Shown here one piece after another: positions 1 through 13,774 of a stretch of DNA of 64,000 bases (position 1 is its first letter; every line of letters begins with the position of its first letter). Position numbers and translations under genes: made by a program. The DNA is taken from NCBI GenBank assembly GCA_965649765.1, contig OZ287750.1, positions 73,594,001 to 73,658,000 of the forward strand. The letters are read 5' to 3'. The stretch comes from Bispira polyomma. Taxonomy: Eukaryota. The notes under the pieces were generated by a model. That model had not been told where the DNA came from and did no database searches. It saw only the letters and a program-made list of their open reading frames with translations.

Positions 1-384
1 TGAAACACCAGCTGGAAATTATTGTCTTGCTCTATTTTTGAGTTAGAGTACATTTTCGGAAATGTCGTACAAAATTGAGATGACCACCAAAATTGGACTG
101 TCAAAGCAAGTGATTTTTACGGCCTTCCATATGAGACATCTCTTGTGCATATTGGACCAGCAGAAGAAAGAAGATCTTCTGAAATCATTTAAAACATATT
201 AGCCTGTAAGACTTATGACTGTAAAACTCAGTTTTTACTAGATGACTCGTTGAGACCTATCAAATGGCGCCCAATTTATGATGACACTTGGACCAGCTGA
301 CATTTTCTAAACCTTACTTGGAGGAGAACAAAAATTAATTGGATGAAGCAATTTTATGCGGGGGAAAATTTACAAGCCAATGCA

Positions 385-2988
385 CTACTGCTCCACTTGT
401 TCACTAATCTTTTCAGTGTTCTTATCTTCTCCTGTTATAGCATGACGTTGTTTTCTCAGTGCTATCTTCAGTTCCTTCTTTTGCTTCTTTAATAATTTTG
501 CCTCCTCCTCTTTCCGGTTTTCCTCGTACGCTTTAAATTGTGCATCTCTCGAACTTATTTCATATCCAAAAAATTCTCTAGCTTCTTCCAGCAGTTTATG
601 ATGTCTCTGTCTACCACGTTCCTCTTCTGCCTTGATATCTTGCAAATGGTGACGATATTTTTCTATGAGTTTGGGCATCTCCTTCATTCTCTTTTCAACT
701 AGCTTATCTCTGTAATGAAACAAATGCACAACAGTGATGTATTAATCGCAATACTGGAACATATCAGGTATTACATATTACAGGTATTTGATCAGTAATT
801 ATATTGTATTGTACATTTGTAACACGCTTTATTGATGCTAAGCATCTCCTTAGGCGCAACATCAGATTCAATCGGCCAATAGAAAAATTTTAAAAAAACA
901 TAGCCAGTTTGGAAGGATGGATGCGTCAGCGCCCTAGGAGAGGGCTACGGAGGGTAGGCGACCCTGAAAAGATAGGTTTTAAGCTTTCTCCTAAATCCAG
1001 AAAGTGTTTCAAGCAGTCTAAGCTCAACTGGAAGGCTGTTCCATAACATAGGGGCGGCGACCGAGAAGGCTCTAGATCCAACCCTCTTGGTGTGTTTTTG
1101 TAGAGGAAACAGATATTCTATTTCCCCTTTTAAGGCTGCTGAGGGAGAGTTAAGTAACAAGGTAGTGAGGCTGTTGAGAGACAACAGCTGCAAAGGTGGT
1201 TATGTGGATTTTAGACAGGACTCGATAGTGAATAGGAAGCCAGAGAGTCTATTTCCCCTTTTAAGGCTGCTGAGGGAGAGTTTAGTAGCAAGGTAGTGAG
1301 GCTGTTGAGAGACAACAGCTTTAAAGGTGGTTATGTGCATTTTAGACAGGATTTGATAGTGCACAGAAAGCCTTTGGAGTTTCTTGAGGTATGGAGTGAC
1401 ATCAGTACAGATTCCAAAACGAAAGATGACTCTACATATATAGTTTTGAATGGACTATTCGCTCCAAACAGAAAAGAATAACAGTAGTCAAGGCGGCTAC
1501 TTACAAGAGCATTAGCCACAGTGATAGCAGTATCTAGTGACAGGTAATTTCTGATTCTTTTGAGGTCCCGAATGAGATAGTAACAGGAGCGGTGGATGTT
1601 GTTAATGTGAGGAAGAAATGAAAAAGCAGGGTAAATAATGGCACCTAGGTTTTTTACCTGTCTAAAGGTTGAATCTCATTGCCCAGTAGTGTGATTAGGA
1701 AAAGTGATCTTAAGTATTCACTGTTTTTTTGTTGCTAATTAGGATGAATTCAGATTTATCTGGGTTTAATTTCAGTTTGGAGAAGTTCATCCACGCCTGA
1801 ACTGAGGAGATAGTCCGCAAGTTAATCAAGGTTGTTTCCGGCATTATAAGGGTTAAGAGAGAGATAGATCTGAGTGTCATCAGCATACATGTGATGTTTA
1901 ACATTGTGATTATTGATGACTGCACTTAGAGGATGAGTGTAGAGGGTAAAAAGTAGAGGGCCAGGAACCGACCCCTGGGGTACTCCAAAAGGTAGGTTAA
2001 AAGATGAAAAGTGGTCGTTCAATTTGACTTTTAAGGTTCTAAGAGCAAAGTAGGTAAGTAATATGATAAAATGATTGCACTGACTTCTATATCAGGAAAT
2101 TAAACTTGTACCTACATACTATTATATTGACAAATCTGTAAACTGCGTACCTACATATTATTATATTGACAAATCTGTAAATTGCTGATAATTTCGATAA
2201 TTATATTTGTGGGCTGAGACAGTTAAATATCCTTATATGAAGTTGGCACTTCTCGGTGCACTCTGCGTTGATAGTACGGTTGTGACGGTTCTAAATAACA
2301 TTGCTTTCCGAACCTCCTATGACTGTTCCGAAGCCGTAGCAAAAATATAACACCGAAATATTTTCGCATATATAGCCTCGCTCATTTTTTTATCACAGTT
2401 CCACAGATTTAATAAACCAAAATAAGTTCCGCCAATTTAACACAAATATGAAAGCTGCGAACTTCCACAAAATTAACCACTGCATGTCCTACAAAAAAGT
2501 TAAATGTATTACTTTTCCAACATTGCTTTTAACTGGTCTTTCTTTTGCTTTTCCAATGTAATAATCATATCAGACAATGTTTTATCCAACTCTCTTTCAT
2601 CTTCAATTGTTTCTTGCAATTCTTCCACAGAAGGCCACATGATTCCAGGGTTTATTCCAGAGGCTTTCCCATATTTTGCATAAAGACGCCTGTTATAGCT
2701 TAGCTTATCTTCCGTACTTGCATGAAGAACATTTTTTTCTTCGTCTGTGATTGCCAATCGATGTTTCATTTTGCATGCTAAAAACTGGGGTAGTCTCGAA
2801 ATATCTCTCTTAATTTCTTGAAGGTCTGTGTCAGTTCCATTTTCGTTGTTAAATTCATCATTCAGCTTTGAATTGTCATCATTTTTGGGACTTGCACTTG
2901 AAAGGTAAACTTGGCAATATTTTACAGATATTCGATCAGGTCGTAAGAAGTTTAAAGGGATTTGGCAAAACTTTCTAACGCATGCCAT
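385..2988 (-). CDS. GADD45GIP1: Growth arrest and DNA damage-inducible proteins-interacting protein 1 (CRIF1, mitoribosomal mL64); 2 exons: 2988-2513, 709-385; 266 aa
   Basis: Motifs [26 protein letters not shown] and MKEMPKLI...[13 protein letters not shown] match the CR6-interacting family. ATG at 2988, GT donor at 2512-2511, TTTCATTACAG acceptor at 711-710; the phase-2 junction rebuilds codon AAA (K). Confidence 0.9.
815..2055 (-). mobile_element. 5'-truncated, decayed L2/CR1-group LINE in the GADD45GIP1 intron
   Basis: Broken RT C-terminal peptides [51 protein letters not shown] and [10 protein letters not shown], followed by the family 3' end GCATCAATAAAGCG and a (TACAA)-like tail. Contains an internal ~130-bp duplication (~1118-1370). 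Confidence 0.9.
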
Positions 2989-4734
2989 GATTTTTGTTTT
3001 GATATTCTCTCGAAAAATATTAATTTTGATATTTAGTTTTAGATAACAGCAATAAGAGCAATAGTAAAACAACTCAAATCAAATTAGTGAAAACTTTTAT
3101 TCACTCTATCTTGATTATGACAGTTGAAAATTATCTTACTGCATCATGCTACATCTTGACTTTTAGAACTATGCTCAAAAATAACATTTTTCGAAGACCG
3201 GTAAAATGGTGACAACTAAATCTGTGTCATTTATGTTGTCCAGAAGGGTAAAATTTGACTTTGTTTTTGGAGTATATTTTAAACAACTACACTACTGCTT
3301 CCTGTACGCATCTCGATAAGGAGCTACTGTTAGCCGACTCACTATTCATCTGTAATAAATATGCAGCTGAATATTAAAAACACATTTTTTTTATTTTTAA
3401 AATTATAATCAGTCGTTTTTGTTATTTACATTTACTCCAGATATATCGAACAGATAGTAGAATTATAAAATAACATTACAACATGTACAATCTTTGGCCC
3501 AGTGTAAACAATATTATATTACTTATCTTTTGATGTAAGGTTTGTTAAGGAATGTGGAACTCATTAGATGTAAATTTAAGAAAATGTAACTCATTATACA
3601 AATTTTTAAAATATTCTAAAAGTCAAATTTATTAATGGTTATCAGATATTTTCTAATGATTTTAAAGCATTGATAGATTATTAGTAATATAAAGTAAAAA
3701 ATTGTAACTCCTTATTCGAGATAAAAAAATTCTACAGGGCAAAATTATAATTGGTTATAAGATATTTCTTTATTAATTTGAATGCATTAGTAGACTATAA
3801 GTAAAGTTTTATTTAATCATGTTATGTGTATATGTTACCAATATCAAATAAGCTGGAAGTAAAGACTTAGGGGATAGTCTTGATAAGTTTTCAATAACTT
3901 CAATAACTTCCAATTTAATATTTCTGTAATCTCTAAATTGGTTCTCTTTTAGTTTGTCATATCTATATTTGTATTTCCTTTATTATCAATCTCTGTTATT
4001 CCTTCATTAAAAGATATAGAAACACTATATAGTATAATTATGCGTAAAATTGGTGTAATTTGCTTTTAGATATATATCATTAAATTGAATATATATTTGT
4101 TTTCATATTTATATATACTTGTCACATAATATTATTATTACAGAAAGAAATAAAAATTATTATCATTAAGCCATCACACAGTAGAGAAAGTACTAATTGG
4201 TATATTTAATAAGAATAAGATTTAAAAGCTAACATTAACAACTAGAAATCCAATTTGGTATAATACAATCCCTTTATAAAACATACTTTTAACTACATAG
4301 AAAATAAATTCAATCTTTAAATTTGAAGGATTTTATACTTGTATCCATATTATTCAGATAGATCGTATATATATCCAAAATTGTTCATTAAGTCTGAGGT
4401 TAAGGATTTCATCATACAAAACTTCTATGGATATATTACATTAATCCATAAATTAATTAATGAAATTGATGCATTGAATCTCTTTCTTATATTATCAAAG
4501 AGAAACACTACCGACGAATAACTATAGCTGAAGTAAAATGTGGCAAAAAATTCTACTAAATTACACAAATAAGGATGCAGTACAATAGCAACTATACAAG
4601 TATACTTACTAATACAGGTATATGTCATGACAAAAATTCCAATCTGAATGTTTGTCAACAGAATTTTAAATATTGTGAGATATTTTTTATTTTTGTATTT
4701 TTTTTTATTTGGATATTTAATGTCCACTCTAGTA

Positions 4735-4916
4735 CCTGTTTAGGTTATACTGGGACGGGTAGTTGGAAACGCTAGAGGAAACACTGCATACAGTTGATCA
4801 AGGTACTACCACCTTTCCCACATAGGCGTCGACGGGATTCGAACTCACGCCGCCCAGAGGTGAGAGACCAGTGATTGTGAAGCGCAATGCTTGCCAACCA
4901 CTAGGCCACCGCGGCC
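4735..4916 (-). mobile_element. tRNA-derived SINE, internally deleted copy
   Basis: Minus strand has an A box (TGGCCTAGTGG) and a B box (GAGTTCGAATCC); near-identical to the copies at 9312-9525 and 9679-9810. Confidence 0.8.
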
Positions 4917-5175
4917 TTCGTCAGATATATTTGACATAAATGCTGACAGAAGTTCAATTCTTTAGTAACATTAAGTTCTTTTTTAATATGAATTGGTAAA
5001 TTTCAATAAATATTGGTATTTACTGAATAGAAGTATAATTTTTGTAAAAAAAAAAACAATTTGGAAAAGGGAAACATTAGATTTTATTAAATCTCATTAA
5101 CCATGCACAACCCCAACCAATAAGATTTCTCAAGGAATTATGGAAGAATTATCAAAATTATATAATTCAATGTTT

Positions 5176-8100
5176 TGTGGCAAATTTGGCCCTAACTTTT
5201 ACACATGTCCTTCACAAGTACTGAATACTTGTTGTCCCTTTGGTCTTGTATCTATAACTGTCAAATATGGGGTCACATCAGCACTTTTGCGGCACTCACA
5301 GGTGCTTTGTTTACATAAGAGTATTTACCCTTTTTGATCGAGTCAGCCATGGATCACTACACTCCCCTTGTCATATAAAGGGGGGTCCTATAGTTTTACA
5401 GTGCAGCGCCATGCATAACACCAAAAATCTTCTTTCACCTTTGGTTAGTTAAAGGATTTTATTGTGAGATTAATCAGTTAGTGCTAGCTGTTGCAGGATA
5501 ATACGAGAATTGCAGAATTACTTTTATTTTTAGTCTCACTTGGTCATAAATCAGAGGATGCAAGACACTCCGATTAGCTTTAACAATCCATTTAGTGACA
5601 AACATCCAACATGATGAGCAACTGACATCAAAAGGTTTTCAGACTTTTCCATCTGTTCTTCTAATGTCATGTGTGACTTCACAGAAACAAACCTTGGGAT
5701 ATGACGGCCAATTATGTGTTTCTTCAAATAGTTGGTTTGAATATTACACCCATCAACAAAGCAAGGCCTTTTGTTTTTTATTTCTGTTTTGATCGTGGTT
5801 ACATGTATTTTTTTATGTTTATCCGGAGCATTTAGATTCACCCTGGCAGAGGAATAAGTCTGATTTACTCCTACAATGTTCTGGAAATCTGGTCTTTGAT
5901 ACCTTGCTGTTTAACTTAAAGTTCCAGAACACCATTGTTCTCACTTGAGAGTAGTGTTTGTTGACTACTTTATCAGGACTCTCTTGAGATAAAGGTTTCT
6001 GTTGTTTACTTTCATGGGTACTTGTCAATTTCAAGGTAATGTCCTTTTCCAACTTAGAGTTGTTTCCCAAGCTAGGTGCAGAAGAAAAAGTCTCAGTCAT
6101 AATTAATGTATTCAGGGCAAACAGTCTTTGGTAGCTGTGCACTACGGCTGCACCTTGTACTCCCCACTTGCCCATTTGGTGTGCTGAAGATTAATGGGCT
6201 ACGGATGCTACTTTCCAAAGATATGTCCTTGGAAGTCATCAAATAAGATTCAAAAGATAGATTCTGAATTTTTTAAGAGTCAAATTTTGCAATTGTACTG
6301 AGACTATTTACAAAGCTATTGGTTACCCCAGCCGTAAAACTCTTAGCATCATGAAGAACTGTAGCAATCTCTTCAGATAACATCAACTGGCTGTTTCTAT
6401 GAGTACAAACTCCTGAATCAGCTGATGGAACCATTGACTGTCTTAATGCTTGAGACTGTTCAGTTTTTAGCTCTTTGTCTTTAACTTTAAGGGACATTGC
6501 AGAAATTCTCAGCTGCAAATGACATTTCTCCAGCTCCCTAAGTTCATTTACAGAATCTAGCTCTTGTGCCAAGAGATGGACCTCCTGATACACATTTCGA
6601 AATTGCTCTGACAAAGAAAGATAACTCTCATTGAGCTTATGTCCCTTTTCTTTTTCTTTTTCAAGTTGTGACTTAATGTCAGTGTTTTCCTGTAAAAGCT
6701 TCCACCCCTCTTCTTGCTCTACCTGAAGGTGTACTCTGAGGTCAGCGTTTTCCTTATGTAAGGCTAAAGTTTTGTACCCATATTTTCCATATTTTTCAAG
6801 TTGATTGTTAATTTCACGTATCTTGCTTTGATAATAGTGGATCCTTTTTTCTGCAGTTTGACATTTATACCCTTCCTGCTGTAGTTTGATTGAAAGAGAT
6901 TCTACTTCTTCAATCAAATCATCATTTGCTTGTTAAATACAAATCCTTGAACTCTAAGTAATCCTTTAAGTCTAAAGTTTTCCTCTTCCAATTTTTGTAG
7001 TCGATTTTCAACAAGAGATATCTTCCCTGTCATTGGCTTATTCAACTTTCTCTCCTTATCAAGCAAATCTTAAAAGTTGTCTTGTTCTGTTTTGTTTTGA
7101 TCTTCCAGATGATGGATCTTCTTAAGCAGGTACTTGCTGTAGACTATGTGCAGGGACTTGGCTAACTGAAAGGCATCGCCATCTTTTAGTATCTTTGATA
7201 ATTTTCTCTCAAGTGTGGACACACTGCGTCCTGTAATTAACCCCTTCAGAGGGACGAATCCCTGGTTATCATGGCCTAGATCCCTCACTACAGCTGCTGT
7301 AAGGTCATGCTTTAATTTTAGCTTTGAATCCATGTTTAACTCCCTTAAGTGATCAGCAAAACATCCATGTATAGATTAAATAAACTACATCTCAGGCGTT
7401 TCTCTAAATAATCATTTACGTTTGGGGCAGTTGGCTTTGTATTTCAATTTACACCATTCAATGATTGAAATCAGAAGTTCAGCTTGCACACAACAATCAT
7501 TCCAATTACAAATCAATGGGTCACACTGATTTTCTGTTTGCTGATTTTCAAATGAAATAGAATGGCTCGAAGAAATTTATAAACTTTAATTAATGTTTAA
7601 GTTGGACCAATTACATGACATGAGTCAGGACACGGGTAAATACTTTTTGAAATTGCCAAAACACAAATATATCATTTCGGGAAAAGATTGGGATCAGTTG
7701 TTACATTTAAAAAAATACTTTTTCCCAGTAATTTACACTCAGTGGATAAAGGGTTTTGTCATTTTACACCCCTTAATTTGCACTGTTGTATATGGATTTA
7801 TGTGCTACTGTTGTGCTAAATTTAAATAATATTTGTGAATTCAATCACAGGAAAAAGGATATTAAACTCTCAGCCATGTATTTAATTATTTTACACCTCC
7901 AGGTAAATAAACTGGCGAATATCTCTACCTGGGCTCTATTCATTTGTTTATTCAAACATTATTTATCAATCTCATCAGAGGGTAAACCCCGACAAACCAC
8001 ACACACACACAAATCTGTGTGGATAAACCCAATAGTAATTTTTGATATTGTTCTACACCTATGTGTATAATGCAATCTATTTATATCTCTCCTGTTTTAA

Positions 8101-8463
8101 TGACCAATACTTACAGTACTGTTCACTATCACATACACACTGATATAAATCAATAGAGTATACCGGCAATTTTAAAGTTCATGAAACCACAGTTCTACCT
8201 TCAAATGTGACATATCCTTTCCTTCTAAATAGAAGTATAAACCTGTAGAGTGAGGAGACCCCACTTCTGATACCAAATGTGATAAATTTGGCCCTAACTT
8301 TTACATATGTCCTTCACAGGTATTGAATACTTGTTGTCTCCTTGGTCTTGTATCTATAACTGTTAAATATGGGGTCACATCAGCACTTTCGGGGCACTCG
8401 CAGGTGTTTTGTTTACATAAGAGTATTTACCCTTATTGATCGAGTCAGAAGTGGATCACTACA
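5176..8463 (-). mobile_element. Non-autonomous LTR retroelement (186-bp LTRs, tRNA-Leu PBS, PPT), no recognisable pol
   Basis: Direct repeats 5176-5361 and 8278-8463, both TG...CA, differ by about 16 substitutions. PBS TGGTATCAGAAGTGGG at 8275-8260; PPT AAGGGGAG at 5369-5362; flanks TGTTT/TCTTT form a 5-bp TSD with one mismatch. Confidence 0.85.
5551..7333 (-). pseudogene. Disrupted ORF inside the LTR element: long coiled coil plus C-terminal CxxxxC...HxxxxH zinc-finger-like motif
   Basis: Consecutive minus-strand ORF pieces 7333-7070, 6917-6273, 6175-5819 and 5841-5551 are separated by stops and frameshifts; heptad-rich sequence continues through the 7069-6918 gap; contains CFVDGCNIQTNYLKKHIIGRHIP. 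Confidence 0.6.
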
Positions 8464-9311
8464 TCTTTATAGTTACAATTTCAAAAAGAAATGAAGCTTT
8501 TTATATGTAAACAAGCCAGTCATTCATATTAATAAATTAGAAAAAGATTTATTTGAGCCAATAAATGCTTAATGTAATGTTTTTGTTACAATTAGTACAA
8601 TGTACGTGTTTAAAACAACTGTTATAATTAGTACAATGTATGTGTTTAAAACAACTACTGTACACTACTGCTTCTTTTCTGTATCTCAATAAGGGGCTAC
8701 TTTTGGCCAACTCACCATTTATCTGTAATAAATATGCAGCTAAAAATGCAGTCTTTGTGTCACTTATTAAAATTATAAACATTATAAAACATATTTTTTT
8801 TTATTTTTGAAATTATAATCAATCGTTTTTGTTATTCACATTTTCCGGGTAATTATAGCTAGCAACTACGTTTAGTATTTTCCTAAAAAAATCGCCCCAT
8901 ATCTGTTGACAAAAGTAAGTTTTACATGATCTCATGAGTGTGGATCTCATTTGGCTTTAAGATTTATTAACAACAACATAGTCGTTTTGTTTTTAAAACT
9001 ACAACATAGTGTAATTTAAGGGTAATTCAACACATCTTCAAATGTCTCGGGTTTATTTTTACACCTACTCCGTGCACCTGTTATAGAAAACGAAATATAG
9101 GGTGACCTTCGCGGATTTTGAGACATTTCGCCCCACTTGCGGAACGCCAAAGATATAAACATGTCAATACCCTGCATTATGGCCATAGCTAGCGATATGG
9201 ACATACCTAAAATAATGTCAGTATTTGCATTTTCTTGATGAATGTTCACATTGATTAGCTCATTTATCTTGAATTTGAATTTGGATATTTAACTTCCATT
9301 CTAGTACCTTT

Positions 9312-9525
9312 TAGTAGGTTATATTGGGACAGGTAGTTGGAAACGCTGGAGGAAACACTGCATACAGTTGGTCAAGGTTCTGCAGAGAAACCAGCGGCCC
9401 ACAGTAAGGAACTACCACCTTTTCCACATAGGCGTCGACGGGATTCGAACTCACGCCGCCCAGAGGTGAGAGACCAGCGATTGTGAAGCGCAATGCTTGC
9501 TAACCACTAGGCCACCGTGGCCCCA
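9312..9525 (-). mobile_element. tRNA-derived SINE (apparently full length)
   Basis: GGGGCCACGGTGGCCTAGTGG start with A box, GAGTTCGAATCC B box; repeated three times in the window. Confidence 0.85.
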
Positions 9526-9966
9526 GCTCATTTATCAACAATTGAACTAAATGTTCACAATCATGCCACGGAATAAGCCAATTCAGCATTTCAAGTGTGC
9601 ATGTCCATTCCACGATAAATAGAAGCACATTTGAGCGATAACAGAATAATATGTCCTAATCTAATCAATTTATTTATGGCGGCCCACAGTAAGGAACTAC
9701 CACTTTTCCCACATAGGCGTCGACGGGATTCGAACTCACGCCGCCCAGAGGTGAGAGACCAGTGATTGTGAAGCGCAATGCTTGCTAACCACTAGGCCAC
9801 CGTGGCCCCAGCTCATTTATCAACAATTGAACTAAATGTTCACAATCATGCCACGGAATAAGCCAATTCAGCATTTCAAGTGTGCATGTCCGTCCCACGA
9901 TAAATAGAAGCACATTTGAGCGATAACAGAATAATATGTCCTAATCTAATCAATTTATTTATGGCG
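9394..9966. repeat. 285-bp tandem duplication including the SINE head and its flank
   Basis: 9394-9678 is repeated almost exactly at 9679-9963, with GCG microhomology at the junction. Confidence 0.9.
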
Positions 9967-10749
9967 CTTAGCGGTAATCTCGTACTGACAGATTCTAAGA
10001 TGCAACAATCAAAATCATTACGCTGTGGCTTGATTTACGACTTTGTAACTCGAGATAATTGTCTTTGTTTACGACGTCGTAATTTTAGAATAAAATTTCC
10101 TTCTAACTATGTCGTTGGGTCAAATATTTTCTCTGAATATAATTAAACATTTGCTTTATTAACTCGGTGAGCAATATCATGAATTTATGTTTGTACTTTA
10201 CAATACTTTTATTGAAGACAGAGATAAATATAGCCATTTTTGGGGACTTCCGTGAAGTTCCGTTAATTGCTTTTTTCCAAATAAATGTACAGATAATAGG
10301 CATAAGGTAATATATGTTGGCAGTTTTTGTCAAGTCAAAGGTCAGAGACGGGTAAATATCTTTATATAGAAGTTGGTAGTTCTGGTACTCTCCACGATGA
10401 TAGATTGCCTAATTTGCATAAAATTCTTCTATTGTTGCTCATATACACATGCTTCACTTCTGAGGTATACATCAACCACAGACTTAATAAAATACAAGGT
10501 CTGCAGATTTAACAATTTATGTATTGTAATGGCTGAAACTTTATGAAAGAGTCATGAAATTTTTTAAAATATGAATGTATTGTGCAGAAGGAGATTTTAT
10601 TCTCTACTCACAGCGCCGTAAACGAAGACAATTAACTTAAGTTACGACCTTGTACCAGAAGCCACTCCAAAATCATTATACAGTTATTGTGTGGTGGACA
10701 GAAAAAAATGGTTGTTACCAGGTAGGGAGTCAATGATTCATGGTAATAC

Positions 10750-11330
10750 GATGGTGTCAGGAGAGATGAGCTTTTTTATAGAGATACAGCAGGTCTTGAG
10801 GTTGAAAGAGAAGCTGAGCATATAATATCTTGTGGTAGGTCATTCAAAACCTTGGGTGCAGCGTATAAGGAACTATAATTGAAATAGACTTTTGATCTGT
10901 GTATGCACTGATCAAAGGTAGGAACATTGAGAAATAATTTGTCAGGATTACCACAACGGGTATTGACTTGCTATGAGGAAGGGGGTGAGACATAGGCTGA
11001 GGTATTTGAAGGGGCTTGTATTGAGAGACTTGTAGACCAGTGTGGCGGTTTGAACATGCATCAAAATTTAACAGGAAGCCAATGTAAATCTTTTAAAGAG
11101 GAGATATGTGGGAATACTTTGACGTATGAGTGATGATACGTCCTAGAGTATTCTGTATTGCCTGAAGGCGAGACATATCCTTGGAAGACAAACTGCTAAG
11201 CAATGAGTTACAATAGTCAATGCGACTGCTCACGAGTGCATTAGCCAACAACACAGCTGTATACCATCACAAAGAGCATTTCACTTGTCTCTTGGATTGC
11301 CAAACCAGGATTTACAGACAGGCAAAATAT
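10750..11330 (-). mobile_element. Old L2/CR1-group LINE 3' fragment
   Basis: Minus-strand remnants [30 protein letters not shown] and AAPKVLNDLP in broken frames. Confidence 0.7.
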
Positions 11331-13774
11331 TGGCAATTAAAATTACGATTCGTTAAAATTAAGTAAAACATTTAATATAAAGCACGAACATAGTGACAAA
11401 CATGAGTTACAATAGTCAATGGTAACCACAGAATGCTAGGTTTTGATAAGAACTTCTTGATGATAAGTTAATTTTCACAATAATTGTACGTTATAACAAT
11501 TAATCTGACAAAATGTAACTATGTGATCTGTTTTAGTTATCTTTCAGTGTTTTTTTTTATCCCGAAGCATACACACATCAATTTATAGTTTTATACATGC
11601 GTACTTGAAATGTTGAATTGACATATGCCGCCCATTTTTGGTCAAAATTACAGTTATTCTTATGGTGTTCACTTATTGCATCCCTGTGTTCATATGGAAT
11701 AACAGGTGAACACACTGCCTCAGTGCCACTGATTATAATTTGACCGCCTGTTGTAAATTGGCCATCAATTTTAATGATAATTGTTAAGACTCTATAGGTA
11801 CGTAATGGACCATAGGATTAAAGTAAAAAAGTGCAATACTGTATATTAGAGTACTTGAGTATTCGTTAAAGAATTCGTTTTAGAGTACAAAATTGGGAAA
11901 AGAGTACTCTTTTTCTTGTTTGATATCAGCAGTTTTTCAAATATCGACATAAAATTGACCTCAAATGAATATTTTTTTGTAATTTTTAAAAGAAAATCAT
12001 TCATAGTCTTGGCAATTTTTATGCTTGAAAAAGTACTCTTTAAAAAGTAGAGTAGTGATGAAAGACTACTCATAGCAGCTCTACTGCATGATATTAAATA
12101 AAATAAAGTATTGTTAGACGATTTATTTGGAGTTACAAACATTTAATGTATGGTGGCTAATTAATGACGGGGTCGAAATATGACCAGTAGCAGAAATCTT
12201 AAATGTATTTTCCTCTGTACTATGGTTTAAACACTTAAAGAATTCTTTAAATAATGCTGGTTAAGGTAAAATCAAAACCACATTACAATGTACTTGTTTT
12301 TATGCTAATTAGGTGTCCCAAGCCAAAACCATCCTGAGTTTTCCTCACCTGTTTGGCAGTATACAATAAATCTTGTATAAGCATTGATATATTTCTGCCT
12401 ATTATTGGTTAACCAGCTAGTTAATTTTGCCACTCACCAATGAACTTTGCCACCCCTAAATCAACCCATTTATAAACTAATTTTATTGAATGTATAGCAA
12501 GATGCATTCATAAAGTGTTGCTGTGTAAATTTATTTCGGCAGATTAAAGTTACATATTATCATAAAGTGTTAACTGGCAAAATTAACTGGCTAACCAGTA
12601 TATACTTGAGCATCATAATAAATACATTTATTGTACAGAATACTACATATCCGGAATTAATACATAATTGTGTTGCCATATATTCACTAAATTCTGGGGG
12701 AATTGACCAAGTTTTGATCAGGTGTAAATTGGTATTTGGGGCGATTCATCTAGACACCATTATATATCTTGTACCCCAGTGGGTGTTATTGTTGCTAAAA
12801 ACTTGTATGTGTGTTCCTTAACCTCGGCCATTGCAGCCTATTGATTTTGACTGCTTGTAAATTGATGCATCTTTCATGGTACACATTTTTCTTTCCTTTG
12901 CCTATATATTTATAACCTTTGCCTGTAAGCTCTTCCAAAATTTATTTTGGAAACCGAAGAAAATATTTGGTGATTTCAAGCTTATATTCAACAACTTACT
13001 GTACATGTAGGAGGTGGTACAGGGACATGTGTACAAACTTGTCAAATTTTTTGTACCTTTATTTTCATAAGTTTTGTTACTTTTGGTCTGATTTTCTTAT
13101 TTCACCTTAACAACCATCGACAGTACTTAATGGTTAGAAATTCTGTACGATTTCTAGCATTTTATCCTAGGTTGTAGAACTTTGTACTGTAATATACCAT
13201 ATATTGCCCTGAAAAATGGTTACATATGTGCATTTAAAGATTTGTTGGGTCCAATGGTAAAATAAGGTAAAATAACTACATTATGGTACCAAAAATGCCG
13301 TTTATTAGTAAAATAAATCATCACTCAGTGCTTGTTTTTATAATATGAGAACATAAAACATTTTAAAAGTCCTGCGATTGAATTCTTGCTTTGATCTTCA
13401 AAATTATTGCGGATATGTTACAGGTGGACCCTTGTATCACATTTAAATGATTTAGTCTTAATTTGTTGGACCAACTTTCATTCAAACAAGCATTCTCTTT
13501 TCCCGAGCCATCCTTTTATAAGATCCTACTGCTGCTGGAATAGCTTCACACATTTTAAAAGAGTGGAAGACACAGTAGGTTTGTTTATATTTTTTATTTT
13601 TAGACTTCCTTTCACACATTTTAGTTAAATTTATAATGATCCTTATAGTTTGTTCAAATTAACACACTGGTTGAGACTCTTGTCAGGGATCTTACAAAGC
13701 TGAGACTTATTATCATATAAGAATATCTTTATCTATATGGTATTGTTATAATCTCCTGAAGTCATGGCAGTCAT

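Noticed and set aside
3560-4730. Short ORFs and a degenerate ~120-bp duplication in very AT-rich DNA
   Set aside because: Low complexity, with no domain signal or splice-consistent structure.
9420-9525. tRNA gene suggested by A and B boxes (also 4840-4916, 9700-9810, 17268-17330)
   Set aside because: Box spacing is extended, I could not fold a cloverleaf, and each head continues into a shared non-tRNA body, which fits SINE heads.
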